A stretch of DNA of 64,000 nt from the IMG/VR virus record IMGVR_UViG_3300045988_143356, one strand, 5' to 3'. The number at the start of each line of letters is the position of its first letter. Within the stretch, counting starts at the first letter, position 1. Positions 18,334 to 29,518 of this stretch are shown one piece after another. Position numbers and translations under genes: made by a program. The stretch is from a virus. Under the pieces are notes generated by a model that did no database searches, had not been told where the DNA came from, and saw only the letters and a program-made list of their open reading frames with translations.

Positions 18334-21300
18334 GATACCGGTAGTCATAGACATAGACAAGGCGTTTGACGACGCTATCAAGAAGCTGCCGTCGGCGATG
18401 CGCCCGTTGAAGAACACGATAGAGCAGCTTTCGCAGGAGCTGAACATAGCGCGTCAGATTATGGCGGAGGCTCCGATAGACAGCAAGGACTGGCAGGACG
18501 CGGCGAATATGGTAAAGGGGTTGTCGCAGTCTTTGGAAGTCGCATCCGACAAGATGCGGAGATTGGTAGCCAACGATGGCAGCATCAAGCAGATGACCGC
18601 CACCTTGGCCTCGCTGAATCGTAGGTGGGAAGAGATGGGATATATGCAGAAGTTCCAGAACGCTTCGCAGTTGTCAAGCGAGGCGGAGGCTTTGTATGCT
18701 GAATATAAAAGAATAACAAAGTCTTTGCAGCAGAACAAGACCCTTACACAGCTTTGGGCGGAAGAGCAGGCAAAAGCGGCGAAAGCCGCAGAGCGGCAGG
18801 CCGCTGCCACCAAAGCTGCGCAGGACAAGGCATTCATGATGTCCTCCCCGGCGAACACGCTTGCGGGTTTGCGCAAACAGGAAACTCTACTGTCAGCCGC
18901 GATGGGGCAGGTTACTATTGGATCCGCAGCGTTCAGGGATTATGAGAACCGCCTGACAGCAGTGCGCAACAAGATAAAGTCAGCCACAAAGGAGCAGAAA
19001 ACATATAACACTGCGTTGTCCGAAAGCCATTCGCGCCTTGGCACGCTGATAAAAAGTACCGTGGCGTACTTCTCTTTGCGCCAGGTTACAAATTTCCTGC
19101 GTAATATCCGTGCTGTCACCGCCGAGTTCGAGATGCAGCGTGTTGCCTTGGGAGGTATCATCCAGGATAGCGACAAGGCAAGCGAACTCTTCAAGCAGAT
19201 AAAGGCCGCTGCAATCAAGTCGCCTTTTGAAATCAAGGATTTGGTCTCATACACGAAGCAGTTGTCCGCGTACCGGATAGAGACAGACCAGCTTTTTGAG
19301 ACCACGCAGCGTCTGGCCGATGTGTCTTCCGGTCTTGGCGTGGATATGGGGCGTATCATACTCGCCTACGGCCAGGTCCGCGCTGCTTCGGTGCTTCGTG
19401 GAACCGAGTTGAGACAATTTACCGAGGCCGGGATTCCATTGGTGGAGCTTTTGGCAGAAAAATTCTCGCAGCTTTCCGGGCGAATGGTCAACACCGCCGA
19501 GGTGTTCGACCTTATATCGAAGCGTGCTGTGTCGTTCAAGATGATCAAGGAGATATTTGAGGATATGACCAACGCTGGCGGTATGTTCTATAAGATGCAG
19601 GAGAAACAGTCCGAGACGTTGCAGGGTAAGTGGATGAACTTGAAGGATTCCGTGTCCATTATGTATGATGAGATAGGAAACACGAAAGATATTCATACGG
19701 CTATGGAATGGATGCTATCTTTCGCGACCGCGTTGATGAATAACTGGCGCACCGTGGGGAAGGTGCTTGGCGGCGTGATAGCGTCTATGACGGCTTATAA
19801 AATAGCGGTGACAAATACCACGATAGCCATTAATGCGCAGACAGCCGCCAATGGCATAGCTCAAAAGATGGAATGGAGTCGCCAAATAGGTATGAGCAAG
19901 ACCATATCACTCATATTCGGCGAGACGGCTGCCAGGAAGATTCAGATAGCCTTGATGCGTACCTACGTCGCAGTCAAAGCCAAGGAGGTAGCGGCCACGA
20001 ACCTTTTCACAAAGGCATTCTATAAGATGACCGCCGCCTTGCTGAAAAATCCTTACGCGCTTGCGATAGCGGGAATCACGGCTTTGGGCTACGGGTTGTA
20101 TCAGTTGATGACAAATGCCAACAAGGCAAAAATAAGTGTTGATGATTTTGAGAAATCCTTGGAATCTTTCAAGCAGTCCAAGTCGCACGCCAAGGATATT
20201 GATGATTTATGCGCGGCTTATGACGAGCTTAATAAAAAGACGGACAAGACCGCCGAGGAGCAGAAAAAGCTCGAGCGCATAACTAAAGATTTAGCAAAGG
20301 CATATCCGTCCGCTGTCGCTGGTGTAGATGCGCAGACGGGGGCATTGAAGATTAACACCAAGGCTATCAAAAGCAATAACGAAGCTGTAAAAGAGGCTAT
20401 CAAATTGGCGTTGACGCAAGATAAGACAAGTGCGGAGGCAGAACTTGCCAAAAGGGAAGCGGAACGCGACAAGATAGCAAGAGAGTTGGAACGTGGTAAA
20501 GTAACACGTTTTGGGCCTTACAATACGCAATATGAAGGTGATTTAACCGAGGAAGAGCGAGCTGCCAGAGGCCGTCGTATCACCGAGTTGGAAGCCGAAA
20601 TTAAGCAATATTCAAACTTGGTTGAAGATGCGGAAAAACAATTGGAGGGGTATTCCGAAGAAGTGGGCGTTTGGCTTGACTTCTTTGATGACAAATGGCG
20701 CTTATCCCTCACCGGCTATTCATATACCTTGCAGAGCACCGGTCAGCGGGTCCGTGCCTTCACCAAAGAACAGATAGAGAATTTCACCTCGCTGAAAGAC
20801 GCACTGGACGCCGCAGCGAAGGGCTACAAGGAGCAGAAGGAGGCGGTCGAGTTCTATACGCACGCATACAACGCTGCCACGGGCGGCAAGAAAGACCAGA
20901 TGAAGGCGGCTCTCGCTGACGCGCAGGCGCAGCTTGCCATGTACACGAAGATACTGACCGACAATGATGCCATGTATCTGACAGCGCAGAAAGGCAAGGG
21001 CGGAGCATCAAGTGACCCGTTTATCATCCAGATAGAGAATCGCATCAAGTTCATGAAAGACTTCCAGAAGGGTTACGAGTCTCTTTTGAAGTATATGTCT
21101 TCCTCGGCTGCCTTGCAGAAAGAGGGCAGCATCATGCAGGGACGTGGTGTCGCCTTGGGCATAGACCCGTCTGAGCAGAAGCGTGCCGCCACTGACCTTT
21201 CTGGATGGCTCGAAGATTTGAAAAAGACGGTGTTCGCAGAGGCGCAAAAGAAGGGTGCTAAAGGTGATATTCTTAATTTTCTCGGTTTGAAAATCAACTC

Positions 21301-23557
21301 CGGTGTGCTCCGTGAGTATCAGTCCTTGATTCAGTCTATCTTTGACACAAAGACCGACATAGACACGTCGCAGATGTCGAAGAACTTTGACAAGGCGATA
21401 AAGCAGCTTTCCACCGAGTTAAAGAACACCGAGGCGGCCCGTAACTTCTACAAGGACATCCTCGGCCAGACTGGTGATGAGCAGCTGGCGACTACGCTGA
21501 CCGTATCGGTTTACGGCGACATCGGCAAGGATTTCAAGGACCGGATAAAGGCGCAGCTGGACAAGGCATTCGCGAGCCTTTCAAAGGCTGACCAGACACC
21601 GGAGATGAAGGCGGCGATAGACACGCAGGACTTCGGTTATTTGCTTTCCAATCTGGACAAGTTCTCGCAGGAGTGGCAGAAGGTGTTGCAGGAGGCGGCC
21701 AGCAGCTCTATCCAATACAACGCCAAGTGGCTGAAAGATTTGGTCTCTTCCTACGAAAAACACAAGACCTTCGAGGAGCGCATCACCGAGACAAAGCAGC
21801 GCGAGGCACAGAAACGTGTTGAGATACAGAAGTGGGAGGCGGAACAGATTGCGGCGATAGACAAGGACACGACCAAGACCGCCGAGGAGAAAACGGCTGC
21901 GAAAGCCAAGGTGAAGGCGACATCTACACAGATGCAGGCCGCGTCAAGCAGTAAGGAAACTAAAGAGGTGTCTAATATTGAGATGGAGGCGTTGAAAGCG
22001 ACGTATGAATGGACCAAGGCGTTCGAGGATATGGACAACGTTTCAACCACAACGTTGAAAAACCTTATCGCTCTGCTGACCTCGTATATTGACAAGTGGA
22101 AGGATTCAGGTGACGCACCGGAATCACTAAAGGCAGCAGTCCAGGCGTTAGAGCAGGCACAGGCGCAGATTACGGAAAGGAATCCTTACCAAGGCGCGAT
22201 AAAAGGCATAAAAGATTATATCAAGGCCAAGCAGACGGCAAACAGATTGGAGAAAGAGGGAAAGAAAGGAACGCAGGAGTATAAGGAAGCGCAAGATGCA
22301 ATGCGCAAGGCTATGAAATCTACCGAGAAATCGGTAAATGATGTCGGCAACACTTTCAATACATTTTCTTCAATAGTAAGTTCGGTTTCTGATATTCTGA
22401 ACCTTGACGAAATGTCCGACGGTGAGGCGGTACTGCAAGGTATCGCCGCCGGTCTTACTATGGTCGGTACTGCCCTCGTGTTCATCAATGCGATGTTTAC
22501 CCTTTTGGAAACCAATCCTATTGTCCTCGCCATTTCCGCCATAATCGCCAGTGTAGCCGCCTTGGGTATGATAATGAGCAACCTGTCCACGGCAGGAGCC
22601 AACCGCGAGATAGAGAAACAGCAACAGACCGTAGATGCGCTTGAAAAGTCTTACAAGCGATTGGAAAAGGCTATGGAGGATTCCTTCGGTTCTGATTACA
22701 TCTATAACTATCAAGAGCAGATGAAGAACCTCCAGGCGCAGGCTGACGCTTATCAGAAGATGGCCGATGCCGAGCGAAGCAAAGGAAGAAAGGCGGATGA
22801 CGACAAGATAAAGGAGTACGAGGAGAGTATGGATGACATACTTGAGAAAATGGACGACATGAAGCACCAGCTCAGCGAGTACTTCTCCGGCACGGATCTG
22901 ACCTCGGCGGCGGAGGATTTTGCTAAATCTTGGATTGACGCTTACCGTGAGTTTTCCAGCACCACCTCGGCGATGAAGGAGAAGTTCAGGGAGATGATTG
23001 ACAATATGGTGGTCAATTCGCTTGCCGGGCAGGTGATGCAGAATATATTAAAACCCGTCTTTGATGCCATTGACGAATATTCAAAGGACGGCGCTTTGAC
23101 CGAGAAAGAGATTGCGAACATAGCTGCGATGTCTGTTGCCAAAACCGAGGAGATAAACACTGCTATGACCGCCTTGATGGAACGACTCACCGCCGCTGGT
23201 GTGAACATCCGTGCCACCGGCTCCAGTCTTTCCGGAATATCGAAGGACATAGCGGGTGCGTCCGAGGAGTCCATCAACGCTCTTGCTTCCGGCATCAACA
23301 CGCAGAACTTCTACATGTCGTATATGCCGAACATAGACCGCAACGTCGCCGCTATCCTTGTGGCGATACAAGGTGGGACTACTCCGAACACGGTTGCGGC
23401 TCCGCAGACCACCTCTGTCCAGTTTGGCGACGAGACGTTCCGCGGGCAGATGAGCAGGATAGACGAGAATGTCGCCGGAATCTACCAGATGATGCGCAGC
23501 GTGATTACTCCGAAGTCTGCAAACGTTAACACGCATTGTGTTGGCACAAAGGGCTAA
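18323..23557 (+). CDS. Tape measure protein
   Basis: 1744 aa with coiled-coil composition. TMP core FEMQRVALGGIIQD...LVSYTKQLSAYRIE...GQVRAASVLRGTELRQFTEAGIPL, plus hydrophobic segments around 22430-22590. Confidence 0.9.
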   Translation: MAVEIPVVIDIDKAFDDAIKKLPSAMRPLKNTIEQLSQELNIARQIMAEAPIDSKDWQDAANMVKGLSQSLEVASDKMRRLVANDGSIKQMTATLASLNRRWEEMGYMQKFQNASQLSSEAEALYAEYKRITKSLQQNKTLTQLWAEEQAKAAKAAERQAAATKAAQDKAFMMSSPANTLAGLRKQETLLSAAMGQVTIGSAAFRDYENRLTAVRNKIKSATKEQKTYNTALSESHSRLGTLIKSTVAYFSLRQVTNFLRNIRAVTAEFEMQRVALGGIIQDSDKASELFKQIKAAAIKSPFEIKDLVSYTKQLSAYRIETDQLFETTQRLADVSSGLGVDMGRIILAYGQVRAASVLRGTELRQFTEAGIPLVELLAEKFSQLSGRMVNTAEVFDLISKRAVSFKMIKEIFEDMTNAGGMFYKMQEKQSETLQGKWMNLKDSVSIMYDEIGNTKDIHTAMEWMLSFATALMNNWRTVGKVLGGVIASMTAYKIAVTNTTIAINAQTAANGIAQKMEWSRQIGMSKTISLIFGETAARKIQIALMRTYVAVKAKEVAATNLFTKAFYKMTAALLKNPYALAIAGITALGYGLYQLMTNANKAKISVDDFEKSLESFKQSKSHAKDIDDLCAAYDELNKKTDKTAEEQKKLERITKDLAKAYPSAVAGVDAQTGALKINTKAIKSNNEAVKEAIKLALTQDKTSAEAELAKREAERDKIARELERGKVTRFGPYNTQYEGDLTEEERAARGRRITELEAEIKQYSNLVEDAEKQLEGYSEEVGVWLDFFDDKWRLSLTGYSYTLQSTGQRVRAFTKEQIENFTSLKDALDAAAKGYKEQKEAVEFYTHAYNAATGGKKDQMKAALADAQAQLAMYTKILTDNDAMYLTAQKGKGGASSDPFIIQIENRIKFMKDFQKGYESLLKYMSSSAALQKEGSIMQGRGVALGIDPSEQKRAATDLSGWLEDLKKTVFAEAQKKGAKGDILNFLGLKINSGVLREYQSLIQSIFDTKTDIDTSQMSKNFDKAIKQLSTELKNTEAARNFYKDILGQTGDEQLATTLTVSVYGDIGKDFKDRIKAQLDKAFASLSKADQTPEMKAAIDTQDFGYLLSNLDKFSQEWQKVLQEAASSSIQYNAKWLKDLVSSYEKHKTFEERITETKQREAQKRVEIQKWEAEQIAAIDKDTTKTAEEKTAAKAKVKATSTQMQAASSSKETKEVSNIEMEALKATYEWTKAFEDMDNVSTTTLKNLIALLTSYIDKWKDSGDAPESLKAAVQALEQAQAQITERNPYQGAIKGIKDYIKAKQTANRLEKEGKKGTQEYKEAQDAMRKAMKSTEKSVNDVGNTFNTFSSIVSSVSDILNLDEMSDGEAVLQGIAAGLTMVGTALVFINAMFTLLETNPIVLAISAIIASVAALGMIMSNLSTAGANREIEKQQQTVDALEKSYKRLEKAMEDSFGSDYIYNYQEQMKNLQAQADAYQKMADAERSKGRKADDDKIKEYEESMDDILEKMDDMKHQLSEYFSGTDLTSAAEDFAKSWIDAYREFSSTTSAMKEKFREMIDNMVVNSLAGQVMQNILKPVFDAIDEYSKDGALTEKEIANIAAMSVAKTEEINTAMTALMERLTAAGVNIRATGSSLSGISKDIAGASEESINALASGINTQNFYMSYMPNIDRNVAAILVAIQGGTTPNTVAAPQTTSVQFGDETFRGQMSRIDENVAGIYQMMRSVITPKSANVNTHCVGTKG

Positions 23558-23563
23558 ATTCAC

Positions 23564-23571
23564 TATCTTTG
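23564..23571 (+). promoter_or_regulatory. Putative internal -7 box TATCTTTG
   Basis: TAnnTTTG match 4 nt upstream of ATG 23576, in the 18-nt gap after the tape-measure stop. Confidence 0.4.
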
Positions 23572-23575
23572 CATT

Positions 23576-24058
23576 ATGGAGAAAGATTGGCAAAAACAGC
23601 TGCGGCGCGAGGCCTCCCTGCATCACATGTGCGGGGAGAACCGGGCCGCTCTTTCGGAGGTGGAGTCCAAGGTAGAGGCGATTGCGCTATACAAAAAAAC
23701 GATAGACTGGGCGATAAAGGAGGGTTATCCGGACATGGAGACAATCCGTCGCTATTTCAGCGACGCGGACGCCTCCGGCGTCTTTGTGGACCGTCACTTC
23801 GACGGCGAGGTCCTTGATGACCAGCAGGTCTATGTATTCCACAACTGCACCGGGACGATTCGCACGGGTCTGAACGTTGACAAGGCGATAATCCCTATGC
23901 TGCACTTCGCCAACGGGTGTGACATGAGGGTCGAGAGCTGCAACGCCGACAACATGCCGTGTCCCGTCAAAGTGCCTCTTTACATCTACGGCGACAGCAG
24001 GGTTGAAGCGGAGGAATCCGCAAGGCTGCATTGTCTGAAATATCTTAATACCAAATAG
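23576..24058 (+). CDS. Hypothetical protein (160 aa) inserted between tape measure and distal tail genes
   Basis: ATG ORF. No structural-protein motif recognised. Confidence 0.6.
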   Translation: MEKDWQKQLRREASLHHMCGENRAALSEVESKVEAIALYKKTIDWAIKEGYPDMETIRRYFSDADASGVFVDRHFDGEVLDDQQVYVFHNCTGTIRTGLNVDKAIIPMLHFANGCDMRVESCNADNMPCPVKVPLYIYGDSRVEAEESARLHCLKYLNTK

Positions 24059-24060
24059 TT

Positions 24061-24459
24061 ATGGGTGAGACGTCAATACTTTCCGACATATTGCAGAACC
24101 TTGGCCTGCCTTTGGTCACGGGAATCATGGGCTGGTTCGGGAACGTCTGGCGAAACCGGCAGAAGAAGGACAAGGACATTCTTGACAATGTGACCCAGAT
24201 TCTTGACATACAGAAAAAGTATATCGAGGAGCAGAAAGGCACCATCGAGGAGACCAAGAAGATGAACAAGCGTCTGGAAGGCAAGCTGAATAAGGAGTAC
24301 AAGTGTGTGCGGCAGGCATTCAAGTGCAAGTACTCGAATGTCGGCGACGGCTGTCCGGTGCTTCTTCTTGAGGAACGATACGACAACGATACCGTATGTG
24401 AGGACTGCAAACTGAAAAAGGAGGTACAGAATGCTGAGGGTGCGACTGAAAATAGGTGA
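24061..24459 (+). CDS. Hypothetical membrane-anchored coiled-coil protein with Cys-rich C-terminus
   Basis: 132 aa. N-terminal hydrophobic LGLPLVTGIMGWFG, Lys/Glu-rich helix, then CVRQAFKCKYSNVGDGCP...CEDC. Confidence 0.55.
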   Translation: MGETSILSDILQNLGLPLVTGIMGWFGNVWRNRQKKDKDILDNVTQILDIQKKYIEEQKGTIEETKKMNKRLEGKLNKEYKCVRQAFKCKYSNVGDGCPVLLLEERYDNDTVCEDCKLKKEVQNAEGATENR

Positions 24460-24913
24460 CGGTGACGAAAATCCGGTCTATACCGATGAGGCTTACGGCC
24501 TTGTGTATGTCTCTGCCGACAATCGTCTCGGACCCGATGTAAAGGCTTTCGAGTCCACGGCTTACCCGGAGGAGGAGGGCGAACATCTACTCACGAAGAC
24601 GGTTGACGCAGCCTTTGACTACACCGTCAAATTCTACGTTAATACGGAAGGCAGTCTTGAGAATGCCAACCAGAAGCTGGCTGCCTTCAACGCGGCGCTT
24701 TTTGACAAGGACGACAACGGAATCAAGACGTTCAAGCGGGTGTGGTTCTACAATGACTACAAGAAGACGCTGATTGTCGGCTATCCTTATCCTATTTCGG
24801 AAGCCACGGACTTTTGGCGTGACTCCAAGGGTGAGTGGCATGATGTCGTTGTTGTCGAGTGGAAGATACGCGTCACCAAACCAAGTCTTTGTGATTTCAA
24901 TCTAACTGCATAG
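24431..24913 (+). CDS. Putative distal tail protein (Dit-like, small)
   Basis: 160 aa, immediately upstream of the large tail-tip protein. Called from position only. Confidence 0.35.
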   Translation: MLRVRLKIGDGDENPVYTDEAYGLVYVSADNRLGPDVKAFESTAYPEEEGEHLLTKTVDAAFDYTVKFYVNTEGSLENANQKLAAFNAALFDKDDNGIKTFKRVWFYNDYKKTLIVGYPYPISEATDFWRDSKGEWHDVVVVEWKIRVTKPSLCDFNLTA

Positions 24914-24917
24914 ACAA

Positions 24918-27900
24918 GTGATCAAGGGCATTACAGAAGTCAACTTCCCGTCCTATGCGACGCTGAGCCAGGCCACCGTCTCTCTGGAGGAGATGGGCAG
25001 CCGAACCATTACCACGCAGGTGAAGATAGACGGCGGCATTACGCCCGATTTTGAGAGCAAAGAGTGGAAGCTGGTTTACAACGGCGAGGAGTTCATACTG
25101 AACACCAAGACCCCGCAAGCGACAAAAGACACCTCTACACAGAAATCTATTCTTGACTTGGTGTTCGTCTCTTCGATGGAGTCCGAGTTGAAGCGGTACT
25201 TCTTCATCGAGCTTTCCGAGGTTGAGCTTGGCACGGTAATCATCGACAAGTACATAGCGTCTCTCCGGCTCAACGTAACGTACTTCATCACGGCCTTCAA
25301 CCGTGTGCTGGAGTACTATTTCGGGGCGAACAAGTTTCGTATAGTTGCGGCCCCTGGCGTGACGCTTTCCCCGGAGGTCAAGGATGTATCAATAGAGTAC
25401 ACCTATCTCTGGGATGTGCTTCCGGTATTTTATGACGTTTACGGTCTTACATGGCATTTCACAAAGGATGTCAACGGCTACACTATAACCGTCGGCGGCG
25501 AGATGCAGCCCATCCGGGGCCATGTGTTCCAATACGGTTATCTTGGCGGTCTGACACGCATAGAAAGGCAGATAGAGGACGCTGACATATACAATCAGCT
25601 TCTTGGCCGTGGCGGAGACAAGAACCTGCCGTACAGATACTTCAAGAAGGCGGACCCGAACAACACTGCGTTCGCCGGGGACCCCGACGCCTGCGCTGAG
25701 TTGTCAACGGTCTATTTCGAGCGGCTTCTGGACATCAACTTCCGGTACTATGTCAAAGGTTGGCTCCGTAACCCGAACCGCCCGATAAACGCCAATTATC
25801 CCGTGCCTACGACCACCGAGCCGGAAGAGGTGACATCCACGTGGGCGTACCAGAAAGGTTTGACGGACGAGAAGTTCCGTCCGGTCGAGTACGTAAAGGA
25901 TGATGAGTCGATAGCCAAGTACGGTGTGCGGCAAGGCAAGCTGGATGACAACGACGAGATATATCCGACTATACAAGGTGTCACTGTGTCGCCTTACGGC
26001 AGGATTGACGAGATTGTTGCGGTGGGTTCGATTACCGATGGTAGCGACGGCGTTGATACTGACAACGGTGTGACAAAGAAGGTCACACTTCCGGATATGC
26101 TCGCTGACTTGACGAGCACCAAGTCGTTTTCGGATAATAGGAACGTCACTGATTTTGTGACAATAGTGGGTACATCCTTTAGTGTTCCGGCCGGATTCAT
26201 TGGGCAGATTGATTATGTGCCATACGTTGAGCGTCAAAACTCGCGAGATTTTGTATTCATATACGAGCCTAAGGAGACCGAGATTTTCGCCGTCCGCGAC
26301 AGCGACGGTGCATTGTTCGGAATCGCCAGCATACCGGGTGGCGAAAGCTATCATCTGAAAGTGAAATTCGTCGTTTCGATTGGTGCGGCGCATCGTGGAC
26401 AGAGCAGTACGACAAGAGAGGTAGGTTTCAAGAATATAACATTGACCTCTTCCGTTAAGGCGTCCTCCGGCAGCGACACCGCTCAAACCTTCAACGTATG
26501 GATAAAGAACGTGTTCCAGACCACACAGGGCACGGATGAGACTGACTTGCAGTACATGAAGCGTGTGTGGGAGCCGATACTTGGAGACCGTGTGGGCAAC
26601 GAGGCAAAGCTGGTTTTCTCTGATGGCTGGATGTCAGCCAGCAGCGATTATGAGTTCACCATCGTTGACTGGCCTACCGTTGACCGCTCCAAGACCACTG
26701 ACGGCGTTTCCTCAGAGTGGATGCTCACCCTCGCCAAGTCCGACGTGGACTACGAGGCGACAGGCAAGTACCTTCCGAACGCCACGAGTCCGAAGCCCGT
26801 GGGCGGAGACCATTTCTTCTTCATCGGCATAGATATGCCGCACATCTATGTGGAGTGGGCGGAGAAGAAACTTAACGCCGAGAAGCAGACCGCCTTGGAG
26901 AGCAAGGCCTACGCCAACCCGACGTGGGCGGTTCAGCTGGACAAGATACGAATCAACACGCTCGTCGGAGACGAGACAGCCACGCTGATGTCACGCCTCG
27001 GCACAGGAGTGGTGATGCAGATATTCGACAAGCGGTTCTCCGGCGGTCAGATACTTTTCCTTGCCATACGGTCGATGACTATAACGTGGGCGAACGACAC
27101 GGCGATGCTTCCGAATGTCAATGTGGTACTTTCCGAGAATGTGCTGGCGCGTTCAAGCGGCTCGTCAACGCTTTCCCCGGAAAACATCATCGCAAGTCTT
27201 GCGTCAACAGTCAATAAGATTCAGCAGCAGAACGCGATGATGCCGATGGTATATCTGTCCAAGGAAAAGGATGATGTGGCTGTCGGCCATATCACGATGC
27301 AGCAGGGGTCTTCTTTCGGAAACTACGCCGGCGGACTCGCAGGATTTGGCGGAAACATCGACGCCAAAGGTCGCGGCGAGCTTGACGAGTTGACCATCCG
27401 TCACTTCCTTGAGGTTCCGGAACTTCGTTACAACCGCATATCCGTGCAGATTGGCAACCGTTGGAACGCTCCGGGCGGCGGAATCATAGAACGCGTCGAG
27501 CCTGATTATGACACTGACGGCAACATCTTGAACACGGGAATCATCTACCTTCATCTGGAGGATGGCGAGATAGGCATGGTCGCTCTTGATGACATCTGCA
27601 TGGGAATATACCACGACGGCATCACGGCAGACACGAATGCTTTAGCCGACACGGATGACGGAATAGGCAACTTCCATTTCAGCGGGTTCTACACAACCTA
27701 TTTCCGCGTCACGGAGATTCTGGCCGGCGACAATCACGCATTCCGATACTCCATCCGTCCTGTGAGTGACACCTGGAAAGAGACGCATCATCCTTGCGAG
27801 GCCATGCACTTTGTCGGCTACGGCAACTTCTCAGACACGACAAGGCAGACGTCACGATATTCAACCAGGACCTACGAGCGGTATCTGAAAGGCGTCAACA

Positions 27901-28364
27901 GCTGGGAGTTCACCAAGGACAACATCGGTGCGCAGTTCGGTGATCTGTCGAACCTGAGCGTGTTCAGCCTGAACATGACCGGTTACTCGGCTTATCTGAA
28001 CAATATCTATATGTCCGGTGTGATACAGCAGTTCCAGGATATCCCGTACCGTATGGAAATAGACACCGGCGGCCAGGATACGCTCGCCTATGGTGAGTCC
28101 ATAACGGTCAAGTGTTCCGTGTTCCACGGTTGGGATGACAAGACCTCTGAGGTCACTTCCTGGAGTATAGTCCGGGACACTGGCGACACCGCGGCTGACG
28201 CCGCGTGGTCGGAACTCGACAAGGTTAAGAATTTTGCGGGAACCATAACCATAGCGCACGGCAAGGGTTACAGTGACCTCGCAACTGTGGGGCTGAGTAC
28301 CTTGTTCACCATCACGGCGACGCTTTCTGACGGCACTTCCGCGCAACTTGAATTGACTGTATGA
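24918..28364 (+). CDS. Large tail-tip / Tal-like host-specificity protein
   Basis: 1148 aa, GTG start. Position follows TMP and Dit. Antisense ORFs within it are rejected. Confidence 0.55.
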   Translation: MIKGITEVNFPSYATLSQATVSLEEMGSRTITTQVKIDGGITPDFESKEWKLVYNGEEFILNTKTPQATKDTSTQKSILDLVFVSSMESELKRYFFIELSEVELGTVIIDKYIASLRLNVTYFITAFNRVLEYYFGANKFRIVAAPGVTLSPEVKDVSIEYTYLWDVLPVFYDVYGLTWHFTKDVNGYTITVGGEMQPIRGHVFQYGYLGGLTRIERQIEDADIYNQLLGRGGDKNLPYRYFKKADPNNTAFAGDPDACAELSTVYFERLLDINFRYYVKGWLRNPNRPINANYPVPTTTEPEEVTSTWAYQKGLTDEKFRPVEYVKDDESIAKYGVRQGKLDDNDEIYPTIQGVTVSPYGRIDEIVAVGSITDGSDGVDTDNGVTKKVTLPDMLADLTSTKSFSDNRNVTDFVTIVGTSFSVPAGFIGQIDYVPYVERQNSRDFVFIYEPKETEIFAVRDSDGALFGIASIPGGESYHLKVKFVVSIGAAHRGQSSTTREVGFKNITLTSSVKASSGSDTAQTFNVWIKNVFQTTQGTDETDLQYMKRVWEPILGDRVGNEAKLVFSDGWMSASSDYEFTIVDWPTVDRSKTTDGVSSEWMLTLAKSDVDYEATGKYLPNATSPKPVGGDHFFFIGIDMPHIYVEWAEKKLNAEKQTALESKAYANPTWAVQLDKIRINTLVGDETATLMSRLGTGVVMQIFDKRFSGGQILFLAIRSMTITWANDTAMLPNVNVVLSENVLARSSGSSTLSPENIIASLASTVNKIQQQNAMMPMVYLSKEKDDVAVGHITMQQGSSFGNYAGGLAGFGGNIDAKGRGELDELTIRHFLEVPELRYNRISVQIGNRWNAPGGGIIERVEPDYDTDGNILNTGIIYLHLEDGEIGMVALDDICMGIYHDGITADTNALADTDDGIGNFHFSGFYTTYFRVTEILAGDNHAFRYSIRPVSDTWKETHHPCEAMHFVGYGNFSDTTRQTSRYSTRTYERYLKGVNSWEFTKDNIGAQFGDLSNLSVFSLNMTGYSAYLNNIYMSGVIQQFQDIPYRMEIDTGGQDTLAYGESITVKCSVFHGWDDKTSEVTSWSIVRDTGDTAADAAWSELDKVKNFAGTITIAHGKGYSDLATVGLSTLFTITATLSDGTSAQLELTV

Positions 28365-28365
28365 T

Positions 28366-29514
28366 ATGGAGAGGCGGCGCATCAGACTTGTTTACGAGCC
28401 GCTGAACATCGCCGTGTCGGTGTCCGGCTCAGTCACCACACAGACTTATGACGGCGCGTATCATCCCGACAGGACGGTGACACCGGGAGTGTTCCGGCCG
28501 GTCATATCGGCGCAGTCCTCGGACGGCACCGCCGAAGTGACCTTGTCAGATAAGGTCTGGAGTGTTGATGGAATCCAGATAGCGTCCCACGCCGACTTCA
28601 CAGGGGCTTACACGGTCGCCGAGGACGGTGCACTCACACTCCGCAAGAACGTTCCAGCAGGCAAGTCATACACACTTCGGTTCTCTGCCGTTGTGAAAGA
28701 CACACGCACCGGGAACACCGTGGAAGTTAGCACCGACGACATCGTTATCTCGACGCGTCCGAAAAGCGGCGAGGCTTATTCAATCAGCATCGGGGAGGAC
28801 CAGATTATACGATATAACCCGTTCCTCGACAGACTGCATCTGTATGAGTACAAGGTGGCGCATGGACTTGCCGAATATTCGGAAGAGGCGGCCGCTGGTC
28901 TTGCGGACGGGAACTCTTATTTGAGGGAAATACCCGTGGCTGTCTTTGTCGGCAAGGAACGCATAAGAGTAGGGTTCACCGTGCGTCTATACCGAATTGG
29001 CTCCGACGGCACACAGACAGAGCTGTCCGAAACAGATGACGGCATTGTATCCATAGAGGCGGATAAAATCACGCTTGACCTCAGGATGATGACCAAGGCC
29101 GACTTCGTTGTCAAGGCTGATTTCGGCACTCCATCGTCGCCTTCCGTGCAGTTTTCCGTGAACCGCATATATGAAGACTATACCATTAGGCCGACCAATG
29201 GCGCCTCGATAATGCCGGGGGATACAGAGCTTCTTGATACGGCCCTGGTCACCACGAAGGGTCGTGTGCTGGAGTGCCCCGAAAGCGTGATACGCATCCT
29301 TTGGAAGACAGACACCGCCGCCTTGGCCGGATGCACGCACAACGAGGGCGGCAGGGGGTATATCAATCTTGACAAGACGAAAATAGGCTACAAACGCGGC
29401 GAGGACTGGCTTGGCATATACACCGAATCGGAAATAAAGGGGCAGTACAATGTCACCAGCGATGATGGCGACACGCTTGTTGACAACGAAGGAAACATTC
29501 TAATATTCAACTGA
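28366..29514 (+). CDS. Tail/baseplate accessory protein, beta-rich
   Basis: 382 aa. 1-nt gap from the previous gene. Confidence 0.5.
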   Translation: MERRRIRLVYEPLNIAVSVSGSVTTQTYDGAYHPDRTVTPGVFRPVISAQSSDGTAEVTLSDKVWSVDGIQIASHADFTGAYTVAEDGALTLRKNVPAGKSYTLRFSAVVKDTRTGNTVEVSTDDIVISTRPKSGEAYSISIGEDQIIRYNPFLDRLHLYEYKVAHGLAEYSEEAAAGLADGNSYLREIPVAVFVGKERIRVGFTVRLYRIGSDGTQTELSETDDGIVSIEADKITLDLRMMTKADFVVKADFGTPSSPSVQFSVNRIYEDYTIRPTNGASIMPGDTELLDTALVTTKGRVLECPESVIRILWKTDTAALAGCTHNEGGRGYINLDKTKIGYKRGEDWLGIYTESEIKGQYNVTSDDGDTLVDNEGNILIFN

Positions 29515-29518
29515 CTTT

